Assembly (NCBI GenBank): GCA_030704615.1
Contig: CM060731.1
Span: forward strand, 31,310,001-31,374,000
Direction of reading: 5' to 3'
Source of the DNA: Takakia lepidozioides
Lineage: Eukaryota > Plantae > Bryophyta
DNA: 64,000 nt
Shown: positions 52,353 to 64,000 of the stretch, in pieces
How positions within the stretch are numbered: position 1 is the stretch's first letter
Layout: each line of letters opens with the position of its first letter
Made by a program: the position numbers and the translations under genes
The notes under the pieces: generated by a model
Seen by the model: only the letters and a program-made list of their open reading frames with translations
Database searches by the model: none
What the model was told of the DNA's origin: nothing

Positions 52353-54119
52353 CCCAGCCACCTGGCAAAGTGATAATCGGCACAAAACCTGAGAAGCTGT
52401 TCTAAGAGATATACCTGCAGCCAGCCCAGAACCAGTAGGTCACCACCACCCATCTGCTCGCAAAACCCATAGCAACATGCTAAACATCACTGGTCATTTT
52501 TCAATGGCCATGGCATTCTAGTTGCCCCATCCAGGTAACATGTTGACAGTGTGGTGCTCTGTCCCTCTAAAGTCCGTGTTTTTCTTTCCTTCCTTCCTTC
52601 CTTCCTTCCTTCCCTCTGTTCTACATAGTCGACCTTCTCCATTTTCCGATTTCAAGAGGTAAGAAAACAAATTAAGCGTATCAAATCTGCGAATTGCTTA
52701 CTTGTCCTCGATTGCTCGAAGCTGCACTGCAGCTCCACCCGATACAAGACAGCAATCAAGCACGACCCCGAGCAGTATAGCACACACAATGCAGCACAAG
52801 CTGAGTGCACCACCCCAATAAATCCTCCCTCCCAGAAGCCCCTGCTAGCAAAACACGGCCCAAGCCTGCCCCTGCGATGGCCGGGGCCACCGTCCGTCAG
52901 CATCTGTCCTCTTCGTCCAGGAGAGGCCCCTCTGGCTGATGCACGCTTCGTACACCCTCTTCACTCTCACCATTACTACCAATCCCATCCACTCCCGTCT
53001 CTCCCGTCTCTCCCCTGCCCTCTAACCCCAATCCTCTCCCCCCTCCCTCTCCTCTTTACCACCAAACTCAAGTCCCATTCCATCCTCCCTCTCTCCCACG
53101 CTCCACCACCGTTATCATGGACCGCCAATTTACACATGCCCCCAAATCCATCACCCCAACGCCCCTTACCGCACACAGCTCCATGGGTCAAATCTCCATA
53201 ACCTTCCCTCCTCCCCCTCCCCTCCCGCACTACCCCGCCCCTCATCATTGATTCCGCTTATTCTCGCTCCGCTCTTTAAACCTCCCTGCTCTCCCTCTCT
53301 AAAGAACCTCACTAATGCTCACCGTAATCCCTCCCCCAAAGCGACCACCCCCCCCACTCCTCACTCACTCTCTCCCTCCTCCCTCCCTCTCTTCTTTCGC
53401 AAGCACCCAAAGCACCACCCTCTTCTAACTCCTCATTGGCGGGTAAGTCCGAAATTACCATTCACTATTCACCCCGCTTGACGTGCCGATTCAGGTCCGC
53501 AGCCCGTCGCCCCTGGACCGTAACTACACCCCCGTTGACCATCCCCCACACTCCTCACGTCGTTTCTAGTGGCCCCCACGACATGCCCCGTGCTGGACCC
53601 GTCCAGGTGGCGTCGACTGCACCGCGGCGCGCCATGTGTGCAGGCGACATGTTCTTTCTCAGTAATCTAGTCATTGGCGTCAGTCGAAAAGGTCCTGCTC
53701 CCTGTACTGATCCCGATGTGGGCCCGCACTGTTTGCGCTGCGCCTATCGCGGCGTTTATGGGATGGCTGCTGTTCGGAAAAGATCCCGTCCGGCAACGTG
53801 CCCACCGAAAACTGACAAATTTGGAGGGAGTGTTTTGTGTGGTGCTGCCCGCCCTGCCCTGACGTGACCTCGGTTTGGTACAGGCGTTTTAGTGAGTGCG
53901 GCCACTAATCCCTGTCCTTAGCGGTTTTATTACGCTCTTATTGTTATTCAAAGCCGACCGTATGTACTCTCGTATGTACTGTACCCTGTGGTATTCGTAG
54001 TCATTGCACCTGCCTCCCTACCTTACTCTACCCTGCCCAAGCCAGCCTACCTACTATTCGGAGATTTTTCTTTTTCTTCGGAGGAAATTGATATCTGAAA
54101 AGGTAGAAGCAACGAAGCA

Positions 54120-54190
54120 ACCTTTTTCTTTTTTCCTATTTTTTTTATAGGGAAACACCTGGGAGCGACAGCTCACAAATCAGGCCCCTT
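54120..54190 (-). mobile_element. 3' tail fragment of a family-A-like SINE
   Basis: rc AAGGGGCCTGATTTGTGAGCTGTCGCTCCCAGGTGTTTCCCTATAAAA matches 54893-54940. Confidence 0.7.
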
Positions 54191-54266
54191 CATAGTGAGA
54201 GGAGAAAATAACCTCTTTCACAGTAACCTCGCCGTGAAGGCTTTCCGTTTTTTATGTTGTTTCAAT

Positions 54267-54403
54267 GGGGGCCTTGAGGGGGAGAATAAATCCCCTTTCT
54301 GAGCCATAGAGGCCATTACAGGGGCAGAGCTCCAGCCCGAAGGCATTTGAACCCCAGACGCACAGGCCAATATGGCGAGTGGAGCACCACCTGGCCACAG
54401 CCC
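54267..54403 (-). mobile_element. tRNA-derived SINE (family B)
   Basis: rc starts GGGCTGTGGCCAGGTGG (A box) and contains GGTTCAAATGC (B box). The 3' part is shared with 56300-56420. Confidence 0.7.
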
Positions 54404-54722
54404 TGTTGTTGTAGCAACATTTTATTTTTATTTTTTAGCAACATTCTTTTAGTGATGTAAGCAAAAAATTGATATGAATTTGTTTTTCGGAAGCAGAATC
54501 AGAGTTTTCATGCTCTTAACCACACGACATGCACTCATTCATGTACAGAAATAGATAGAGCCACCCAAGGGGGTACCTGCAAGGGGAAGAGGCTCTTATT
54601 TATGCTAACTTTGGTTGGGGACATATATTCATACATATACACAAAAATATTGCTCATATGTATTAATAGCCATTATAGCGACGCGGCCCATTGAGGCCTT
54701 TAGAACAGAAAAATCGCACATC

Positions 54723-54951
54723 GGATGGTAGCTTAGCTGGTAAGTGCACAGTGTGTCGCCCTGGTGGTTCAGGGTTCAAATCCGCTGCCCTGCCCCGTGT
54801 GTGGGATTGTTCGTGATGGTATGTCTGGGTGTTGGTCGTCCTGTAGGCCTCGTGGCCCATAAATGAAAGGGGGTTAATTTTTCCCCCTCCTCAAGGGCCT
54901 GAATTGTGGGCTGTCCCTCCCAGGTTTCCTTTTATAAAATTTAAAAAAAAA
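54723..54951 (+). mobile_element. Full-length tRNA-derived SINE (family A)
   Basis: A box TAGCTTAGCTGG, B box GGTTCAAATCC, body matching 1-158, A-rich tail, and a degenerate AAAAATC.. TSD. Confidence 0.85.
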
Positions 54952-55208
54952 TCCAATATTAATAAGATTACTTGACATCGGTTACTGTCCACTTTCTTTT
55001 CCTCTGGTCTTTGTTGCTTGGTAGCGTTTACTTCTTGGCACGTCCTCTTGTGGCCTTGTTGCCCAGCTTGCCACGGCTGGCGGTCTCTTTGGTAGGTTCT
55101 TGTGGGTTCGTCCCTCTCCTTCGCAATGCATCGCTAGGCTTCTCGAGGGCCTCTATCTTTATTATCAGTCAAATTTTATGGTTCTCCTAGAATATATATG
55201 AGTAAACC

Positions 55209-55720
55209 GCTAGAAATAACCGGGTAGGTATCCTGTGTAGGTATCCTATGTATATGGATATGTATCTCAACAGGGTCTACCCGCCTACTTATAAGTTATG
55301 TGGTAATACATTAACAACAGGAAATGCAAAGCCTGATTCTGCCAGTTGTAAGTGTAGTAGCATTATTCATAACGAAGAAATATCCAGGAATCTGTCCGCC
55401 GCTAAAGTCAAAAACTTGGGATAAGGCAAACCTCTTTATCATTGTCTTGGCCGTCTCTAGCCCACACGTGGCAGGAAATGGTGTCTCCCGTCCTAGGGTG
55501 GGCTCCACCCCTCCGCAAAGGCGTGCGTTTGCAAGCAGCAGCCTTTTCAGTTGTTAGCAACCTATAAATTTCTGTTATGACAACGAGAACAAGTAGTGGT
55601 AGTCTAATGACTAATTCATTCATCCATCCATCCTTGGTGTGCGACCTGACACGTGCGTGCTCCCGCCAAGTTTGGAAAACAAAACAAAACAAAATTCTGC
55701 TTTTATTATCTTAAAATGAG
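55209..55720 (-). mobile_element. Possible small non-autonomous Helitron
   Basis: rc starts with an AT-rich ATAATAAAAGCAGAA(TTTTG)n leader and ends in an imperfect hairpin (GGATACCTACCC) + TTTCTAG. Confidence 0.3.
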
Positions 55721-55929
55721 GCCTAAAATGAGAGCCCAAAATTTTATTTTATTTATAATTCTTAGATCTGGTTTTTTTTTAATTTTAGATCTGGTTGCGG
55801 TTCTCCTCATATTTTAATAAAAACACCTAAATATGCCAGAATTTTCTCTACTTACCCAAAGTTGCAAATTCCGATTGTAGTTGGGAACTGTAGTTAGTCA
55901 GTGCTGGGACAAACCAATCTTTTGCACCT

Positions 55930-56050
55930 GAATGTTTTCAAGCCTTGCGCAATTATGGATGACTGAAGGGTAAATAGGATTTGAACCCAGGATGACGTAG
56001 GTGGCACTCAGGGCACGACAGGCACGTAGCCAGCTGAAGTGAGCTGTCGG
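55930..56050 (-). mobile_element. SINE-like fragment (family C)
   Basis: rc CATCCTGGGTTCAAATCCT...CCTTCAGTCATCCAT, similar to 13250-13296. Confidence 0.45.
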
Positions 56051-56299
56051 ATGGATGGACGGAGGGCCCAACGTGGATTGTGACTGTAACGTGGTCGCTA
56101 ATAGCCACTTGTGCTGGAGGTGAATGATCGTGGGTTCAACTTCCACCTATGCTTTCAGTCCTTTACTGTTTGCATGACTGTGCATGAGGGAAAACATTTG
56201 AACACTTCCTCCTATTTTTTCTTTCCTTCTCTTTTGCGGCAACTGGAAGATTTCATCAGGGCCACTGTCCCCTGTTTCTCAAATTAAACTTAAAAAAAA

Positions 56300-56420
56300 A
56301 CTGGCCCTTTTTCTTTTTCTTTTTTTTTGTTTCCACGGAAACACCAGCCCCAGCAACTGGCTTTGAGGGGGGGAAATGAACCCCCTTTCTGAGCCATGGA
56401 GGCATTATACCGGGGCAGAG
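56300..56420 (-). mobile_element. 3' fragment of a family-B SINE with A-rich tail
   Basis: TTGAGGGGGGGAAATGAACCCCCTTTCTGAGCCATGGAGGCATTA..GGGGCAGAG matches 54274-54329. Confidence 0.7.
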
Positions 56421-57389
56421 GAAATGGAACCATCCACATTTCTTTGTTATCTGACGTACCTTCTGGCGCCGAACTTACCTAACACCCAGTCGAGGGAGGG
56501 TTAGCGGAAGGAAAGATTCTATTTTTTTTTAATAAAAGAAGAGGAAGCCCTAGTGAACTTTCAAATTATTAGAATTATTGGAAGGGTTTAAGGTATAGGG
56601 CGAAATTTCTTTTTGAAAGTTTTCTTTTAAATCATGATTTCATGTACATTTCTCAGTCTTTACAGATTTTTCTTTCCGCATATTTTCTGGAGAAATAACA
56701 GACTTAAAAATCGCGGTGAAATTCAATAAGAGAATCAAAACACAACTTATGCATATGAGATATTTGTCGATTTGAGCAATTTGCTTAGAAAGAAGTACAA
56801 ATTGACTACATAGTGTTGCTCAATCTTATTATTCAAGAATGGTAATGCACCACTATAAATGCTAAAATGTATACAGTATCACTGAAAACTGAATCATGCT
56901 GAAACGTAGCACTAATCCATCGATATCAAGTTTCTTGTAGAAATCTGCACCTAGAGTTGGATCTATGTATGAAATGTATAGAGTGACTCAGATTTTTAAA
57001 TGTGGTCTTTTGCAATAGTCATAAATGGCCGAACATTTTCTTTGCTTGCACTTGCACAAGGTACTTGAGTAACTTCAAGATTCGAATGCTTCCCAAGACG
57101 CCTCCCGAAGCACGACAATTTGCAAAACATTAGAAACATGCGAAGAAGGCTGAAAACGCTTGATAAGTGTCATAGAACTAGAAGGCGCAAACAATGAGCT
57201 TTGGCTTTGTTCAACCTTAAGAAGCTTCTGCATCTCTTCTTCGTAGGCATCAACGAACTTGAGAGAAAGATTATCAAATCCGGTCTTGCCAGAATTGATA
57301 TGTTGCATTGCGTTGTCACAAATCATTATGTCCATATGGTCTATTATATTATACTTGTCGTATAGGTTATACTTGTTATACTTGCATTC

Positions 57390-59425
57390 AATGGGCAGGT
57401 ACTGCCCCCTCCTCTCCCTCTGCCCTCACAATCCTCATACTTACACAACAAAGGTCTCCCGACAACCCCCACCCCCTGCTACAACTCCCTATAGGCGTCA
57501 CGTTATTGGCCACCATCAAACCAAACCAGCTTCGCTACCAGCACCCCCCCCCCCCCCCCCCCCCCTCCCTTCCCGAATACCTATAGCACGCAAACCAACC
57601 CTAACCATGTTATTGCATGTTCAACACACCTCCCCCATTTCCATACCGTCAACCTTCCCCGCCCGTCTCGACCAACTACTTGTACGTTCACATGGCATGA
57701 AGGCCACCATTTACCCTCACCCCCCAGCATTATCTCCCATAGCCCAACACCTGGCTCATTCCCCAGGGTTAAGGAAGGCCTGGGTAAGGGTGTTACCGCG
57801 CTCCTCCCTTGCCCCCCCTTTGATGTCAGAACCCCCCTCAAATACCCCTATCTAATTCAGAAGAAGAAGAAGAAGAAGAAGCCAAAGTCAGCGTAACTAA
57901 GAGCCACTTCGCCTTGCGGCTACTTCCCCCTTTCGAGGGTGGGCCTATAAGATGTCTAACTCACATTATACGGATGGCTCCCTCACCGGATCTAGAGCTG
58001 GCTATGGTGTTTACCATGCCGCTACTAAACAAGGAACTGCCCTTAGACTTCCCGGCCCTGCCACCATACTTCGTGCCGAGCTCATGGCCATTTTCAAAAC
58101 ACTTTCCCAGATTACCGCATTCTCTCCCCCACACTTACAGAGCCTAGGCTTGTTTGTTGGCTCGCGAGTGAGGATGGTTGGTAAATTACGTATTGGCCGG
58201 GGTTTAGGTGGGCCTAGAATTGAGTGTACTAGCCAGAATGGGTGGATATATGCGATGTGAATGGGATCGTCCGTGGGATCTTCTGGGGTTTGGAAGCGCA
58301 TTCATGAACAAGGAGGTCGGCTTCTTCATTGCCACGTATACCGGTATGCGAGCGTACTTTGATAAAGTGGACAGGGTGGTGGCTGTTATGAGGTTTCGGT
58401 CCGGGTGGTGATGGTGGGAGGAGGGGTGAGAGGGGTGGTTTCAGATAAGAAAAAGCGAGGTAAGACTGTCAAATACACATTCATAATCTACCGTACTCCA
58501 TCATAAACTATCAAATTATTTTTGGCACACCAAAGTTGCAACTGACACAGAAATAAGATAAACACTCAAATTTAGATACGCCCAATATATGGGCCACCAA
58601 CGCAAACATTTTGGCCACGCCTATTCCCATCCCCCCACTGCCCACTTTGCTGACACACCCATCAGGTGCGTGACACCTAGCCCCACCTTCTCAGCCAGTG
58701 TACCCACCATGTCATCCACGGCCTTCGTATTACTCATCACAACCATGCCGTCTGGCACACTCATAAACTTCTCATGAACCGCCTTGAAACCAAATGGTTC
58801 TCATTCATTACTGCCGACACCTACCAAGACAGACCTCCAGACCATACTGTCCCGCCATGGCTACTCCCATATGTTTGCCCCCGCTCACCATGCATCCGCC
58901 CCTCCAGGCTGTGCCTGACATCTTACTTGTCCATGGCTTACCCATCAAACCCCCCCCCCCCACTACTCCATCCCCAAACCTCACCATTCACTTCATTGAA
59001 TTTACATACTGCCACAATCGTTACTAGACTAAAGGCTGAAATATGCACCGCTTATCCTTGCTATTCACTCAACGAGGTTGGAACACCGGCCCAATATTTG
59101 TCATCACGGCCGGAACTAGAGGCGGCACTCACAATGCCAGTATCACCACACTACACAAAAACCTTCATATCCCTATCCCCCCTATCCACAAATGCTTCAA
59201 GGCAATTCACCTCACGACTCTTTGTTCCCTCACAGCTATTAATACCAATAAGCATCTTGAATCCAACCCCTCTTCGGTACCCTAGGGTATCCTAGGTACT
59301 CTAGGTACCTCTATCCCGTGGATACTCGGTGTCCCTTGGACACCTGATTTCTTTTATAGGGACACCCCCGAAAAGGGGCAGTAGCCGTGAGGTGAAATGG
59401 CTCTTAGTTACGCTAGTTTCGGCCG
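57390..59425 (+). mobile_element. Decayed Dualen/RandI-like LINE 3' region (RNase H + zinc knuckle + restriction-like endonuclease)
   Basis: HYTDGS..AGYGVY..TILRAELMAI; inverted HFIKVRSHTGIRGNEEAD; FRYAQYMG; LRITHHNHAVW; HTVPPWLLP; PDILLVHGL..LTIHFIEFTYCHNRY; GWNTGPIFVITAGTRG. Confidence 0.75.
57860..57954 (-). mobile_element. ~95-bp retroposed copy of the structured 3' end with a (CTT)n tail
   Basis: rc matches 59354-59422. Flanked by TSD TCTAATTCA/TCTAACTCA (57851-57859, 57955-57963). Confidence 0.8.
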
Positions 59426-60249
59426 GAGTCTTCTCTCATATAGGACTTGGGATCATGAGGGCCCGTTAAGTCAAATTCCGTTCTAAATCAACACTCCAAC
59501 TCTTGTCACGCGAGATCCAGATCTCACACCTTAGACAGTTGCAACAAGAGCACAATGACGTCTCTCTTCCCATGCGCTTCTGTGAACCATACATAATCTG
59601 AAAAGTGGAATTTAACTTTGGGGTTAAAAACATCTAGCGTGGACCAACTTTTGTATAGATGTGAATACAAGGAAATGTCTTGCAATGGTTAGAAATTGTG
59701 ATTACATCCTCTATATTTTTCCTTGTCGGTAGCATCCAGTATATGGCCTAGCGGTTAGGGCACAAGTCGCCTTACAAGTGGTCGTGGGTTTCTATAAAGA
59801 ACTTCCCGAGAATTGCGCTGTGTATATTTAGGCGCCTTACATGGCGCAATCTCCACTCTGACAAACAGTGATCTTACGTTTCCGTAAGGCTTCTGCGGCA
59901 AAACAAGAGTGATCTTACGAATTCGTAAGGCCCCACTTCAATTTTTTTTATTTTTTTATTTGAATTCTTGGGCAGTTCTTTACACAGGAGAAGGGCCCAC
60001 GTGTTGGGCCTTCTGCCATTTTCAGGACCTGGGCCTCGGGCTACCGCCCTCATCTAGGGCACTCACATGGTGGAAGGCCCTCCACTCAGGCCCTTCTCCT
60101 ATACAAAACCACATAGATGTATGCAGTGGGCCTTTATGGCCAACATTACTATAAGATGGGTAAATATGTCAACTATGTTACTTAATGTGTAGATACCAAT
60201 GGTCTTTGGAGTGAAGTGACGCCATAAGTTACGCTTGCTTCGGCAAGAG

Positions 60250-61680
60250 TCTTCATTCTCATCTCCTATTATTGCCTGTACTTCCAAAAATCCAGAAAGC
60301 AGCAATGAGTATTATCATATGACGACACAATCAAATAAGACATTCAGACAAACAAATAGTACTAAATTTCAAAGTGGATAACTCGATTGGTTGGCAACAC
60401 CTCAAATTGTTCGAAATCAACAATTTGCATCTCATCACATACGTGAATGAAGATATTTTTTGTCGCAAAGTAACCAAAGCAAAGATTGCAACCAAAAAGT
60501 GAAGTCAAAATTGAGCAATAGTTTGACTGGGCATTAGTTTCTTCTGGTCAGGGATTAGTTTGTTTTTTTAATGATCTTCTCTAAACCGGCTTTCACATAT
60601 CTGCGCATGACGTACCGCCTCATACTCTCTAGCGAAACCTTGACTTTCGTGAATATTACATTCGTCAGTATATTGAACATGACATATGGTGCTATTCTGG
60701 ATTCGATCGTTTGATGTTCTTGCCTCTTCGAATCCGACGAACAAATATAGCTCAAACTAGTGATTGAACGTTGCGATTGAAACTAGGCAATGTAAGCTAA
60801 CAAATAGATCCCATACTACAATAAGACCAAAAGAGATCATCAACCATAATATCTGAAAATCAATATTTTGAATCAACTTAATTACCTGTCGGGTAGATAT
60901 AAGGACCTATCTTTTTTTAGCGACCTACAACACAAATGTAGTAAACATATTCAAATTCCCGAACATTGTCCTCCTTTTCGAACAAATGTTTGATGCTTAA
61001 ACTTGTGTTGTACACCCAAATAGACTCTCCAGTCTTAGAAGGCGTCTCATGTCCATGTTTTGGCATGGCGACTGCGTCTCCGCTCGCCAATCATCTAGTC
61101 GTCCATCTCGTCTGATTTTGAAACCAGCGACCATATGCATTGTCATTGCTTGATAAGATCTCATTCATCTCAACAGCAAGAGAATCTTTAGGTCACAAAT
61201 ATAGCATATATTACTAATCTTCAATTTGATCGTTCTCCTCATCAGACTCAGATTGCGCACCAGGATCTTGAGTTATTTGAGGAAAATATCACCAAACACA
61301 ACATGTGTTTCATCAAAAATAGTTTTGAGGAAATTTGGATCGAATGAATGTCAGTAATATCAAGAATATATGATCACTTAGTATGAGTATTGATAGTCAA
61401 AGAAAACAATCGAACCTAATCCAACCACTACCGAAATTAGATTGAATATTCTCACTCTAAATAGGGCGATGCACATCTTCTAACTCCACTTTTATCTCCA
61501 AAACCTCATGAGCATCGGTGACAACATGAGAAATTTCTTAGCACAATTTTGTTTGCTGCAAGTGACTTCGCTTGTTTTGAAGTCAGATGGTAAAACATCG
61601 ATGATATTTTTTTCACCGCACATCGACACATATTCAAGTGAGCTCATCTCGACATAAGCGTTGACGCAAACCTATGACAA
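60250..61680 (-). pseudogene. Crypton-like (DUF3504 tyrosine-recombinase family) relic with introns
   Basis: SRHAKTWT*DAF*DWRV...VAKKDRSLYLP, then intron 60783-60885, then FNILTNVIFTKVKVSLESMRR..VKAGLEKIIKK. This follows the DUF3504 N-terminal pattern T.WA..F..W / KKDG..Y.P / F.I..D..F......MK.....G.G. Confidence 0.55.
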
Positions 61681-63487
61681 CAAAACGGAAACATAAAATA
61701 CGTAAGATCAAATGGATAGAGTATAAAACAAGCATAAGACGAAACAAAACTAGAAAAACTGGACAGATTAAGAAATATTCTATGTTGGGAAAGACTTATT
61801 CCCTCAACCCTCACTAGAGTCTAGGTTTCGGGCTGGGAACGATGACAGTAGCCTGAGTTCCCCTGCCATCAAACCTAATGAGGGCTTCATGAATAAGCCT
61901 TCCTCTACACGTAATATCAGTAGGTAGTTGATTCTACCGCTTTTTAAGTTTCATACTCAGCATAACCATGTATTTTTTTGGCAAACATATGTGGGTCTTT
62001 TTTTGCGGGCGATGGTAGTCAAAATTGACTACATACTAACACAATAGTGGCAATGAAAATGGATCTGCAGATGAAATTTTTCCCGGTTCACATACCCTCC
62101 ATGAAAAAATGTCTTGCCTTGTTGGGCTCGCCATTTTTATCGGCAAACAGCTGACCGGACAAAATTACGTCATCTTTCAACCCATTCCATAATACATGAT
62201 GATTATCTTGTGTAAAAAATGAAATGCACATACACATGTCAGTAATTTCAAAAAGGAATACTCTCTCCACTGATCTCAGCAAATCCTAGGCAAAGAAAAT
62301 TTCCAATTCCTCTGGGGATATGAAGACGAGCAAAGGTAACCGTACGGTGTGAGTTCACCCCGAAGGGCTACCTTTCGTTTGGAAGGTGTACACTTTCTAA
62401 CAATCCTAATTTGGGCAACGCGGTTGCCCAACCCACCCCCAATGATACTCGACGAAAGTCCCCAGGTATCCACACATTAAATAATTGGTTGCCCTCCAGA
62501 GTACCCTATTTTTATGGTTGGGTTGGCCTTAATGGATGACATCCAACATACACCTATGTGGCTTTGAATCCATGACCACTAGTTGTAGGACGACCTTATG
62601 CCCCAATCACTGGGCCATCTATTGGACGCTAAATAATTGCAATATTGAACACGTTGCGAGCTTCAGTGGCATATTATGTCAGTATTGAGGAGATCCATCT
62701 TGAAAATTTTGAGGTACCAATGGGTTCGTCCTGCCACTGTCAATGCGCAGAATCGACAAAGGCTTTCAATTCTCCACGCGAGGGAATGTATAGTAATTCC
62801 GTGGGGCTTAACTCTTCACATAAGCTAGAAACGGCGGTGCCATGTCTTTTCTAAGGAGTGCGAGAGTGACATCGCAGTTTTGACTCGCACTATGGGGCTT
62901 ATATAAAATGTTTTTTCAGCACATCATCTGACACAAAGAAGAGGATGTTGTTGTAATTCTCTAGTACAGAAAAAGTGGGTAGGTATCATGATTAACTAAA
63001 ACTGGTCTATTTCTAGTTAATTATAACACTATACATATATTTGTATCTTTTTGGTATTGGGATTTCATTTGGTTTCATGTGCCAAATGAAGTGGCAAGTC
63101 TTGCTTGGGATATGTGATGGGATTTTCCTACGCTAGGGTTACGAAGAGTCATCTAAGTTTCCTAGTTGACCCTCTCTTGAGCACCTCCATAGCTCTAGTT
63201 CTTGGGAGGAAATATTACATTTTAGGGTTATACGGTAGATTCTTTTAGCAAATGTGTCATTGGCTCGACTAATATTGAGTGGTAGAATGTGTTTAAGGAT
63301 TGAGGTTTGATCCTAATTAGCATGTTGTGTGTTCCATTGCATTTTGCTTCTATCATTTTTCTTTCCTTATCATTGTGGCATAACTTTCTAGGATGGGCAA
63401 GAGGGTTAGAGTGATATAAGGGGTCACCCCACACATACTAAGTTAATGCACCCATCTCATGCTCTAAGCATAACTAGATACAACCTA

Positions 63488-63900
63488 GCGGTCTGGCACA
63501 TCCATAAACTTCTACTTCAACATCAGGAAACAAGATGGATGTACCCTTATCAATGTCCGCACATACCAAGGCTAATCTGTTGACCACAATATTGTCCCCC
63601 TGCACTGACTTCTCTCGTACTCTTGTCCCACGACGACCCCCGCCCCCCCCCCCCCGTTTTGGTACATGCTCAACACATACGACTCTGCCTTGACATTTTA
63701 CTAGTGGTAGGCCTAACCATTATAGTTCCCCCCACGCACGGCCCCCTCTCAAGAAATCACAATCAACCTAATTGGATCACTTTTTACCACAATCGCTACT
63801 CTGCACAAGCTATATTAATTAAGCATGAAAAATACTCTTTGGACTCCACTCATACTCTCCCTCCGGCACAAGGGCTGACGGGTAGGCTCACTCACACTCC
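63488..63900 (+). mobile_element. Second, more diverged Dualen-like RLE-domain fragment
   Basis: AVWHIHKLLLQHQETRW...LCLDILLVVGL...ITFYHNRYSAQAILIKHEKY is colinear with 58745-59060. Confidence 0.7.
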
Positions 63901-64000
63901 TCAAATGCACTGATGTACACAAATGCATCCACACACAAAGCCTCGATGCACTGAACTCGGATCTTTGGAATTACAATCACAAACATAATCATCATTAAGT

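Noticed and set aside
53713-53724. snRNA/telomerase-RNA USE element (rc GCCCACATCG)
   Set aside because: No correctly spaced TATA and no recognisable snRNA or telomere template downstream.
54300-54325. SINE-B tail derived from the RTEX 3' end (AATGGCC.C.A.GGCT)
   Set aside because: The similarity is too short to support without a consensus alignment.
54723-54790. tRNA gene
   Set aside because: Has A/B boxes but no closed cloverleaf, and continues into a repeated body with an A tail, so it is a SINE.
59744-59790. tRNA-like TGGCCTAGCGGTTAGGGCAC
   Set aside because: A box only, with the B box broken. At best a truncated SINE head.

Overview
Eukaryotic, intron-rich land-plant DNA, most likely a bryophyte such as a moss (inferred from PLS-class PPR fragments, a Tcn1-like chromovirus and the TE spectrum). 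Three host genes look intact: NRPB6/RPB6 (minus), TOM2A-like tetraspanin (plus, head-to-head with RPB6) and an Agenet-PHD-GNAT IDM1-like chromatin gene (minus). The rest is a layered TE landscape: a decayed pGlcT + PPR chimera ending in a CACTA terminus nested in the transposase of a second CACTA element, which carries a divergently transcribed TnpA-like gene with an FCP1/NIF HAD-phosphatase domain; a Helitron-like element; a 2.6-2.9 kb dispersed duplication; a long-TIR 'Pack' element holding PAS1 and TOP3B exons and a full-length, apparently self-priming Ty3/Gypsy chromovirus; a TTAA-flanked piggyBac-like MITE; stacked RTEX-like LINEs; tRNA-derived SINEs; Dualen/RandI-like LINE relics with a structured 3' RNA motif; and a Crypton/DUF3504-like relic. 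All homology calls come from recognising motifs by eye, not from database searches, and coordinates of decayed elements are approximate.
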